A DNA stretch of 33,520 nucleotides. Source: a bacterium (lineage in GTDB: Bacteria; Desulfobacterota; DSWW01). The DNA lies in NCBI GenBank assembly GCA_040756235.1, contig JBFLZG010000139.1, forward strand, positions 1 through 33,520. The letters run 5' to 3'. Made by a program: the position numbers and the translations under genes. The notes beneath the pieces were generated by a model. That model ran no database searches. It was not told the DNA's origin and saw only the letters and a list, made by a program, of their open reading frames with translations. Below are positions 17,996 to 26,304 of this stretch, in pieces. How positions within the stretch are numbered: position 1 is the first letter of the stretch; the number at the start of each line of letters is the position of its first letter.

Positions 17996-19123
17996 ATGGA
18001 TTTCCGGCTGAATGATGAACAGATCCTGCTCCAGAAGACCGTAAAGAAGTTCACCGAGAAGGAGATCGAGCCGATCGGAGCGCAGATCGACCGAGAAGAG
18101 AAGATGCCGGCCGAGCTGATCGCCAAGATGGCCCGGCTCGGCCTGTTCGGAATGCCGGTCCCCAGAAAATACGGAGGCTCGGAGACCGATAACCTGAGCG
18201 TCATCCTGGCCTGCGAAGAGATCGCCTGGTCGGGCACGGGCGCGTGGTGGTCGGCCGCCTTCAACAACAGCATCCCGGAATCGATCTACAAGTTCGGCTC
18301 CGAGTCGATCCGGGAGCGGTTCCTCAAGCCTGTGTGTGAGGGCAAGGCCTGCTCGAGCATTCAGTTCACCGAAGAGAGCACCGGCTCGGACCCGCGGGCG
18401 CTCATCACGACGGCGCTGCCGGACGGCGACGCCTACGTCATCAACGGCATGAAGCGGTTCAGTACCTTCGGCGGCCGGGACGGATACGCCATGCTGTTCG
18501 CCAAGGACGAAACCGGAAAATGCACGGCCTTCGTCATCCGCAAGAACGTCCCCGGCTACTCGGTGACGCGACGCTGGGACCTGATGGGCGGTGGGGGCAT
18601 GGAGACGGTGGACGTCTATCTGGAGAACCTGCGCGTCCCCAAAGACCAGATGCTGGGCGAGAAGGGCAGAGGCTTCGACGTCCTGCTCTACTGGATCTCG
18701 ACCGAGAAGGTCGAGCAGGCCGCAGCCTCGGTGGGCATGATGCAGGCCGCGCTGGACGAAGCCGTGAAGTACGCCAAGGGCAGGATCGTGAGGGACAAGC
18801 CGATGGCCGCCATGCAGGGCATCCAGTGGATGCTGGCGGACATATACACCCGGCTGCAGGCGGCGCGCTGGCTCACCTATCGGACGGCCTTCCTGCAGGA
18901 CCAGGGCGACCTGAGCTGGATGACGGAGGCAGCGGCCGCCAAGCTCTTCGTCACGCCGGCGACCCTCCAGGCCGTCGACATCGCCCGGCAGCTCCACGGC
19001 GGGTACGGATATTCGCGCGAGTTCAAGATCGAGCGCATCTACCGGGCCGCGGCCGGCGCCTCGGCCATCGCCACGAGTCTCGAGATCAACAAGTCAATTG
19101 TGGGTGCTTACCTGAGTCGATGA
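17996..19123 (+). CDS. Acyl-CoA dehydrogenase family protein
   Basis: MDFRLNDEQ, FTEESTGSD, YVINGMKRF, MLGEKGRGF, QLHGGYGYSREFKIERIYR. Confidence 0.92.
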   Translation: MDFRLNDEQILLQKTVKKFTEKEIEPIGAQIDREEKMPAELIAKMARLGLFGMPVPRKYGGSETDNLSVILACEEIAWSGTGAWWSAAFNNSIPESIYKFGSESIRERFLKPVCEGKACSSIQFTEESTGSDPRALITTALPDGDAYVINGMKRFSTFGGRDGYAMLFAKDETGKCTAFVIRKNVPGYSVTRRWDLMGGGGMETVDVYLENLRVPKDQMLGEKGRGFDVLLYWISTEKVEQAAASVGMMQAALDEAVKYAKGRIVRDKPMAAMQGIQWMLADIYTRLQAARWLTYRTAFLQDQGDLSWMTEAAAAKLFVTPATLQAVDIARQLHGGYGYSREFKIERIYRAAAGASAIATSLEINKSIVGAYLSR

Positions 19124-19295
19124 TCTCAGGGAGGAGACCCGGGATTCAACACCTCTGCAAGTAAAACCGGGCATACTCGAGCGCTCTCTTGCCCTTTTGG
19201 ATGAACGGAGCGGCGTGACCGCGGCCGGAAGGACGCCTTCAGGCAGATGAACTCAAAAACAAACCGGAGCGGCAATCAAGACATTTGCCGGGCAG

Positions 19296-19712
19296 CTATC
19301 CGCACATTTCGGGCCTATTCAACTCTGGTTCCTTCCTGACAGTCGTAATCATAAGTCGCCGGTCAGAGCTATAGAAATATCCTTGAATCTGGGCGCCTTC
19401 ACAAATTTCCAGCTTTTGGATTTCTCCGGAGACGCCATTCACAAGTAGATCCGACGGGACCGTCTCCGAAAGAATACTCCAGTCGGATTGTTCTCCTCCG
19501 CCCTGCCTTGCGAACTGATCGATTCTCAGGCTGAATTTCTTACCACCATAGTTCAAGGTGTACACGTTGGGTCCGGGGCTATTTAATGGCAATACCGTAC
19601 CCGTAATGATAACCCTTTCCGCGGCATACGATTGTGTAGGGAGCACGAAACGGCACAATGCAAAAGTGACCAAGATTGCTCCGGCGAAAGTATTCCTGCT
19701 GAGTGCTCTCAT
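19296..19712 (-). CDS. Hypothetical exported protein in AT-rich DNA
   Basis: GGAGG RBS 8 nt before ATG 19712; signal-peptide-like N-terminus ending QSYA; no recognisable motif. Confidence 0.6.
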   Translation of the reverse strand: MRALSRNTFAGAILVTFALCRFVLPTQSYAAERVIITGTVLPLNSPGPNVYTLNYGGKKFSLRIDQFARQGGGEQSDWSILSETVPSDLLVNGVSGEIQKLEICEGAQIQGYFYSSDRRLMITTVRKEPELNRPEMCG

Positions 19713-20003
19713 GTAATCGGCCTCCATGTTGTTGTCCCTTTTTTTGATGACAGGAAGGACCAACGAGATCCTCAACTCGGAGTCGCGCACCTACGTCCCC
19801 GATTTCGCCCCTTTCACGAAGCCCGCGCTTTCGAGAGGGATCGCCACGCTCGCGAAATCCCTTCTCCACGGGGATCCCGGGTGTGCAAGGCTCGCTCGCG
19901 AAGCTCTGGCCTTATAGCGCATCGCCTGCCGCGCCCCCCCGTCCCGGAGGCTGCACTGCGGCCATCTGGAGTCGTAGGGATCCGGGACTGGATTCCGACC
20001 TTG

Positions 20004-20213
20004 GAGGCCGTGTCACAATTCGTCATCCCGGCCCCTGTGCGGAGCGCGTGGAAGCCGGGATCCAGAAGGGTGCACCTTGACCAGCTGTGGCAACTCGGCG
20101 CAGAGACTGGATTCCGGCCTTCGCCGGAATGACGGAAATCATGCGGCCGCGCCTCCGAGTCCTCCGGAATGGCTGGTCGCACGACGGTCTGACCGGATTT
20201 ATGACACAGCCTC
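20004..20213 (+). mobile_element. MITE family A (complete copy) carrying a CGTC-REP doublet
   Basis: Terminal inverted repeats GAGGCCGTGTCACAA / TTATGACACAGCCTC (13/15 match); flanked by the two halves of a REP hairpin. Confidence 0.7.
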
Positions 20214-20414
20214 GTGCGCCGGAATGACGCCAAGCTGGTCGGGCGGCGCATGCGTCGGCCTTCTCCCTCCCCAAGCCTGGCGCGGCAGGAAGCGCGCCGG
20301 AGCGTGCGCCGAACTGGCCCGGCTTCTTCTTGACTTCAGCACCTCTTTGCCCCTATACACCTTTCAGTTGACCCCACAGGCCGCTGGTCATCTCGTGAAG
20401 GCGGTTCCTCCAGC

Positions 20415-21893
20415 ATGAGCACGGACTCGGAAGACGGCTCCAAGATTCGAGAGCAGACGGGACCGCGGACGCCTGCAAAGGCAGACCGCGGGAAGCCGCA
20501 GGGACCGCTGCAGACGCCGGCGGCCCGAAGGAGCACGCTCCAGGCGTTCGGCGCCCTGGCTGTCGCGGCCGCCTGCGTCTTGGGGACCCTCATCAGCGCT
20601 CGCGCCTCCGGGGCGGACCGAGAAGCGGCGGCCCGCCCTAACATCGTCTTCATCCTGAGCGACGACCATCGCTGCGATTTCCTGGGCTCGGCCGGCCACC
20701 CATTCGTTCAGACGCCGGCTCTCGACCGGCTCGCCCGTCAGGGCGTCCTGTTCTCCAACGCCTTCGTGACGACCGCGCTCTGCAGCCCCAGCCGGGCGAG
20801 CTTCCTGACCGGGCAGTACGCCCACACCCACGGCGTGCGCAACAACCTCACGCCGTGGCGGGACGAGAATGTCACTTTCCTGGAGTTGCTGAAGGCTGCG
20901 GGGTATGACACGGCATTCATCGGCAAGTGGCACATGCCGGGCCGCCTGCCCGTGCTCAGGGGGGTGGACCACTTCGTCACCTTCACCGCCCAGGCCGGCC
21001 AGGGGCAGTACTGGAACTGCCCTCTCATCGTGGACGGCGTCCGGGAGCCTCCCGGAAAGGCCTACATCACCGAGGAGCTTACGGACCGGGCGCTGGCCTT
21101 CATCGAGAGGCCCCGGGAAAACCCGTTCTGCCTCTTTCTCTCGCACAAGGCGGTCCACCACGAGTTCAGCCCGCCTCCCGACCTGGCGCAACTGTACGAC
21201 CAGTGGCAGCCGCCCCTGCCGCGGGAAGCGGATCCCTGGGTGACCGCGACGCGCGGTGCGCTGTGGGCGGGCACCCTGGGAGACCTGAAGACGCTCTACC
21301 GGAACTACTGCCGCGTCGTCACCGCCCTGGACCGGGAGATCGGCCGCCTCCTGGCGCGCCTGGACGAAATGGCCCTCTCGGGCAATACCGTCGTGATCTA
21401 CGCCGGCGACAACGGATACTTCTGGGGCGAGCACCGCCTGGTGGACAAGAGGTGGGCCTACGAGGAGGCCATCCGCGTGCCCTTCATCGTTCGCCATCCC
21501 GGCCTGGCGCCTTACGCGGGCCGCAGGGCCGAGCAGATGGTGCTCAACATCGACCTGGCCCCCACGATCCTGCAGCTGGCCCGGGAGCCGGTGCCGGAGA
21601 GCATGGAAGGTCAGTCCTTCCTGCCCTTCCTGTCCTCGGCCCGGGCGCGCGGGCGCAAGGCCTGGCTCTACGAGTATTTCAAGGACTTCCCGTACAACGT
21701 GCCGCAGATCCGGGCGGTCCGGACCGAACAACACATCTATATTGAGTACGAAGGCAAGCGCCCTCCGGAGATGTACGACGTGGTCGCCGACCCGCGCGAG
21801 CACCGCAACCTGATCGACACGGACGAGGGGGCTCGGCTGCGGCCGGGGCTCGAGGCGATGCTCGAGGCGCTCAGGAGAGGGGAGAAGCTGTAA
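20415..21893 (+). CDS. Formylglycine-dependent sulfatase (Cys-type), probably exported
   Basis: RPNIVFILSDDH, LCSPSRASFLTG, GKWH, GDNGYFWGEH, YEEAIRVP; hydrophobic N-terminal segment. Start is uncertain. Confidence 0.93.
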   Translation: MSTDSEDGSKIREQTGPRTPAKADRGKPQGPLQTPAARRSTLQAFGALAVAAACVLGTLISARASGADREAAARPNIVFILSDDHRCDFLGSAGHPFVQTPALDRLARQGVLFSNAFVTTALCSPSRASFLTGQYAHTHGVRNNLTPWRDENVTFLELLKAAGYDTAFIGKWHMPGRLPVLRGVDHFVTFTAQAGQGQYWNCPLIVDGVREPPGKAYITEELTDRALAFIERPRENPFCLFLSHKAVHHEFSPPPDLAQLYDQWQPPLPREADPWVTATRGALWAGTLGDLKTLYRNYCRVVTALDREIGRLLARLDEMALSGNTVVIYAGDNGYFWGEHRLVDKRWAYEEAIRVPFIVRHPGLAPYAGRRAEQMVLNIDLAPTILQLAREPVPESMEGQSFLPFLSSARARGRKAWLYEYFKDFPYNVPQIRAVRTEQHIYIEYEGKRPPEMYDVVADPREHRNLIDTDEGARLRPGLEAMLEALRRGEKL

Positions 21894-21896
21894 GAC

Positions 21897-22472
21897 ATGG
21901 CGGCAGATCGACCGAGCGCCCTGCGCAGGCTCGTGCTTCCGGTCGCCCCGGTCCTCCTGGCCATGGCGGCGGCCACGCTCGCCTACAACCTGTCCTGGCG
22001 CATCGAAGACGACTCCGTCCATCAGGCGACGGCCTTGCTCTCGGGGATCGTCCTGTTCGCCAGCATCGGGTTCGGCGCGCTCTTCACCTATCCGATGGCC
22101 TTCTTCCAGGGGGCCGCGGTCGCGGAGCGGATCCTGGCCTGCCTGGCCACCCCGCTCGCCTGGAACCTCAAGGAAATGGTGCGGGTGAGCGAGTTTTTCA
22201 CGGCCGGCGAGACCCTCTATTACGGCATCAACTCGATCTTCCTGCTCACGGTGATCGGGACCTTCGCCCAGATGGGGATCTGCGAGATGGTCTGCCGCCG
22301 GAGCCTGGCCAGGCGGGGCCGGACACACGTGCGCGTGGTCACGGCCGTGCCCGTTCTCTCCGTTCTCCTCGGCATCGCCGCCGTGGCCGTGATGCTCGTC
22401 TGGGGCAGAGGGGTCCACTGGTTCTACATCTACATGGAGGGCTACAAGGCGCTGTTCCTGGCAGGCTGTTGA
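21897..22472 (+). CDS. Hypothetical multi-pass membrane protein
   Basis: About five hydrophobic segments; starts 3 nt after the sulfatase stop. Confidence 0.8.
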   Translation: MAADRPSALRRLVLPVAPVLLAMAAATLAYNLSWRIEDDSVHQATALLSGIVLFASIGFGALFTYPMAFFQGAAVAERILACLATPLAWNLKEMVRVSEFFTAGETLYYGINSIFLLTVIGTFAQMGICEMVCRRSLARRGRTHVRVVTAVPVLSVLLGIAAVAVMLVWGRGVHWFYIYMEGYKALFLAGC

Positions 22473-22585
22473 AAAACGCCCATCTGCTGCGTTCGGCTCG
22501 CCCTTCGTCATTGCGGCGTACGAGTAGTACGCCTCATTCCTCAGGACTTCGCCTGCCTTGCATCTGGGCATTTTTGAACAGCCTG
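22462..22585 (-). mobile_element. MITE family B copy 2
   Basis: TIRs CAGGCTGTTGAAAAA / TTTTTGAACAGCCTG (14/15); reverse complement of the 24106 copy. Confidence 0.8.
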
Positions 22586-22648
22586 CTCAAGCCTTGTTCT
22601 TGAGCGAGGCCGAGGACCCACTCTGCTTGTCAGACGGAGAGAACCATC

Positions 22649-23743
22649 TTGCAGGCAAAGAAGTCTGTGGTATCGCTCTCATCCTTGCTGACGCTCTTCG
22701 GTTTTTTTCTAGCTTCCTGCGGCGGCGGCAGCGACGCCGGCGCGGGGAATCTCGCGGCCGACTGCATCGCAACCGTTCCGAGTCCCTATGCCCTGTGGAG
22801 CGAGTTTCTCGACAGCGGCGAAGTCCTCGAGCAGGTCCCGGTTCTCCGGAGCCACTCCGTGTCTCTGTACCAGAACGTCCGGAGCGAGCGGATCGGGGAC
22901 CCTGCGACCGAGGCGTTCCTGCGCCGGGCCGCCTGCAGCGGCCTCGAGGTGCGGGCCTGGCTCACGCTGCCGGAGGGCGACGGGTACTGGCCCAACGAAA
23001 GGAACGCGGGCCTGTTCGCCGAAAAGGCCCTGGAGCTCGCGCGCTGGATCCGCTCCTCGGACTTGCCCGTGGAGTGGATCGTCGTGGACATGGAGCTGGA
23101 CCTCCGGTCGGCGGAAAGGCTTCAGGAGCTCCTGGCCGAGGGAGACCTGGCGGGAGCCGTGCGGCTGTTCGCGGACAATTACGACCCGGACCTGTTCCAG
23201 GCTGCGCGCGATGAGTTCGCAACCCTGGTCGACGAGCTCCACTTGATGGGCTTCCGGGTCATGCTCGTGACCTTTCCGATGGTGCTGGACGACCGCGAGG
23301 ACGGGGACAGCGACATCCAGGACCTGATGAACATTCCGGTTGACGGAATTCCCTAGGACGAGCTGTCCTTCATGGCCTACACGACGACTTTCAGCGATCT
23401 GCTCGGCGTGGACTTGGGCCCGTTCCTCGTCTACTCTTATGGGATGGACGCGATCCGTTTCCATGGCGACCGGGCCGCCCTCGACATCGGCGTATTCGGA
23501 GAAGCCGGGATGGTGGGCGACGGCGGCGGGATCGCGGACGTAGAGCAGATGAGGGCACAGATCGGAGCCGCCAAGGAGGCCGGGCTCGCGCGGATCCACG
23601 CCTACTCCCTGGACGGAGTCGTGGGGCTCGGCAACGGGACCGAGTGGTACGAAGCCTTTCAGGCGCCTGCGTCGCTGCCGGACGGCGAGTCGAACGTGAT
23701 CCTGTTCCGGAGCGGCCTCCGTCTGGTGGACGCTCTCCTGTAG
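22649..23743 (+). pseudogene. Lipoprotein, possibly TIM-barrel glycoside-hydrolase-like, interrupted by an in-frame TAG at 23354-23356
   Basis: Lipobox FLAS-C. ORFs 22649-23356 and 23372-23743 share a frame and read DGIP*DELSFMAYTT; WIVVDME motif. Confidence 0.75.
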
Positions 23744-23750
23744 CGGGAAT

Positions 23751-23990
23751 GGGCAGGGCAAGCCCTGCCCTACAAGAGTGTGGAGACCGTATGTAGGGGC
23801 TCATATTCCCCGAAAATCGCGAGCGAGCAGTGAGCCCGGGGGTTGTAGGGGCGCTGCTTGCTGCGCCCGCCCGGGTCCCGGTCCCCGCGAGCGTGGTCGA
23901 CCTGAATCTCGAGCGTAGCGAGGGACCTCCGGCGCTCTGAGGTCCCGGCACGGGAGGTTGCCGCGGCCCTCCGGGCCTCGCAATCTCCGG
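23751..23990. repeat. Cluster of GTAG-type and GGAGGTTGC..CTCGCAATCTCC REP-like palindromes
   Basis: GGGCAGGGCAAGCCCTGCCCTAC, GTAGGGGCGCTGCTTGCTGCGCCC and GGAGGTTGCCGCGGCCCTCCGGGCCTCGCAATCTCC (near-identical copy at 25263). Confidence 0.7.
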
Positions 23991-24105
23991 CAATTCATGC
24001 CAGGCGCCACGTCCTGGCGGGCAAGGTGACCCGCAGAAATACGTCGCCGTATTTGTGAAAAGCAGAACTTCGGCCCTAGGAGCCTGTCCAAGTATTCGGC
24101 TCCTG

Positions 24106-24230
24106 GAGGCTGTTCAGAAATGTCCAGATGCAAGGCGCACGAAATCCTGAGGAATGAGGCGTACATGGCAGTACGCCGCAATGACGAAGGATGAGTGCAA
24201 CGCAGCAGATGGGCATTTATGGACAGCCTC
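24106..24230 (+). mobile_element. MITE family B copy 3
   Basis: TIRs GAGGCTGTTCAGAAA / TTTATGGACAGCCTC (13/15). Confidence 0.8.
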
Positions 24231-24263
24231 CTAGCAATTTCCTTGATTCATCAGGGAGAGAGG

Positions 24264-25094
24264 ATGGAAAGCAAGATCGCCCGATCCATCCGGATGAAAT
24301 ACAACCCGGTGGCCCTGCTCTGGTCCGACGAGGAGCCCCCGAAGTGCGTACGGTTCCAGAAAGGCAAGTGGGGCTGCGTCATGTGGCTGGTGGCGGCCGC
24401 CGCCAAAGGAAGGACGGCGGCCTGCAGCCGGGACACCTTCGGCTGTTTCGGCGGAGGCGTCGGCCTCGGCTTCGGCAACCAGTATCAGAACTTCCCGGGA
24501 GGAGAGGAGTGCTTCTGCCGCTTTCTCTCCATCGGCAACCAGACGTGGGAAGAGGGGCGGCAGATGGCCGAGAAGGTCAAGCCGTTCATGCGCGAGGAGG
24601 CCTACGAGGAGTTCCTCAAGGGCGAGCGGTACATGAAATCGCCCGAGCAGGTGCACGCGTTCATCGAGTGCCTGCCCCTGGTGGACATTCCGGCGCCCTA
24701 TGTCGTGTTCAAACCCCTGCACGAAGTGGGCCCGGCGCGCGAGAAGATCGAGACCGTCATCTTCTTCGTCGACCCGGACCAGCTCTCCGCTCTCGTGGTG
24801 CTCGCGAACTACGGCCGGGGCGACAACGAAAACGTCATCGTCCCTTATGCGGCCGGCTGCCAGACGATCGGGATCTACCCGTACCGGGAGGCGAAATCGG
24901 CGCAGCCGCGGGCCGTGGTGGGGCTGACCGACCTGTCGGCCCGGCTCTACATCCGCCAGCAGCTCGACGCGAACCTCATGAGCTTCGCCGTCCCGCTGAG
25001 CCTGTTTGAAGAGATGGAACGGAACGTGGAAGGCTCCTTCCTGGAAAGACCCACCTGGGCGGCGCTCCTGGAAGGGAAGGAGAAAATCCCGTAG
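24264..25094 (+). CDS. DUF169 family protein
   Basis: YNPVAL, WGCVM, FGCFGGGVGLGFG, VIFFVDPDQLSALVVLANY, AGCQTIG, GLTDLSAR; GAGAGG RBS. Confidence 0.85.
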   Translation: MESKIARSIRMKYNPVALLWSDEEPPKCVRFQKGKWGCVMWLVAAAAKGRTAACSRDTFGCFGGGVGLGFGNQYQNFPGGEECFCRFLSIGNQTWEEGRQMAEKVKPFMREEAYEEFLKGERYMKSPEQVHAFIECLPLVDIPAPYVVFKPLHEVGPAREKIETVIFFVDPDQLSALVVLANYGRGDNENVIVPYAAGCQTIGIYPYREAKSAQPRAVVGLTDLSARLYIRQQLDANLMSFAVPLSLFEEMERNVEGSFLERPTWAALLEGKEKIP

Positions 25095-25335
25095 GGGCGT
25101 ATGGCCATACGCCCTTGGCGGCCGAGGCATTGCAGCCGATCGCCCGAGAGGCCCGACAGCGCCAACGCGGACGTGGCGTTGCGAAGCTCGGTAGGGTGGA
25201 CAAAGCCGCAGGCGTGTCCACCAACCACCGCTGCAGACCGCGAGCGTGGCGATGGGACCACTGGAGGTTGCCGCGGCCCTGCGGGCCTCGCAATCTCCGA
25301 TAATGGCTGCCGCGGGCCTTCGGCCCTTGCGACAT
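25091..25335. repeat. Mosaic of REP-like palindromes between convergent genes
   Basis: GTAGGGGCGTATGGCCATACGCCCT, GTAGGGTGGACAAAGCCGCAGGCGTGTCCACC, GGAGGTTGCCGCGG..CTCGCAATCTCC. Confidence 0.7.
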
Positions 25336-25353
25336 CCGCGATCGTGTTCCGGG

Positions 25354-26235
25354 CTATTCCCCCCGGCTCCTCGCCCCGGGCCCGGGCCGCCCGAACTCGC
25401 TGTTCACCAGCCCTCCGAGCAGGACCATCAGGCCGACCAGGTAGAACCAGGTCATCATCGCAATGACCGCCCCGAGGGTGCCGTAGAGGCGGTTGTAGTA
25501 GGCGAAGTTCTGCAGGTAGTAAGCGAAGGCCCTGGACACCCCGAACGACCCGATCATGGCAACGATGGAACCCGGGAGCACGGAGCGCCAGGTGAGGCGG
25601 GTGTCGGGCGCGTACCGGTAGATGATCGCAAACGACACAACGAGAACGAGCACCCCGACCCCGGGGCGGAGGACCTGGAGAAAAGGGTGGAGGTCCACTT
25701 CGAGATGGGCACGCCCGGCCAGATAGCGTGTGAGGACGGGCGCAAGGACGAGGAAGAGGAAGGCGACCAGACATCCGATGATGAGGGAGCCCGTGAGCAG
25801 CAGGGCGACGCCCTTTCTCTTCCAGTACGGACGCGTCTCGGGGACCCTGTAGACGCGGTTGAGGGTGGATACCAGGCTCGAGACCGCAGTCGATGCGGCC
25901 CACAGCGCCAGGATCAGGGTCCCCACGGCCAGCCAGCTCTTCGGTCGGATGAGCGTGTCGTGCAGGGTCGGGCCGACCACCTGATAGACGGACGGCGGCA
26001 GGGCGTCTTGCATGAGGCCCAGGACTTTCTCCGGGTCATCGGCTACGGGCAGGAAGCTCGTCAGAGCAATGAAAAAGATGAGAAACGGAAAGATCGAATA
26101 GAAGTACCAGAAGCCCAGCTCCGCGGCGAGCCCGAGCGTGTCGAGCCCCATGAACTTCCTCCAGAGATTCCGGAGGCCGCGCCGCAGAGTGCGCCTTCCC
26201 GCAGCGTCGCCGTCGGAGCGCCGCTCCCTTTGCAT
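25354..26235 (-). CDS. YihY/virulence factor BrkB family membrane protein
   Basis: AAELGFWYFYSIFP, LNRVY...RPYWKR, IYRYAP, YNRLYGTLGAVIAMMTWFYL. Confidence 0.92.
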   Translation of the reverse strand: MQRERRSDGDAAGRRTLRRGLRNLWRKFMGLDTLGLAAELGFWYFYSIFPFLIFFIALTSFLPVADDPEKVLGLMQDALPPSVYQVVGPTLHDTLIRPKSWLAVGTLILALWAASTAVSSLVSTLNRVYRVPETRPYWKRKGVALLLTGSLIIGCLVAFLFLVLAPVLTRYLAGRAHLEVDLHPFLQVLRPGVGVLVLVVSFAIIYRYAPDTRLTWRSVLPGSIVAMIGSFGVSRAFAYYLQNFAYYNRLYGTLGAVIAMMTWFYLVGLMVLLGGLVNSEFGRPGPGARSRGE

Positions 26236-26304
26236 GACGCCACCTTGTGATTCGTCTCGGCTTGCCGGTCGGAGGTGCCGCCGCGGTCCGCGCTCTCGGA
26301 CCCT

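Noticed and set aside
23751..25335. CRISPR-like array
   Set aside because: The repeats belong to mixed families with irregular spacing and are interrupted by a gene; no cas genes are present.
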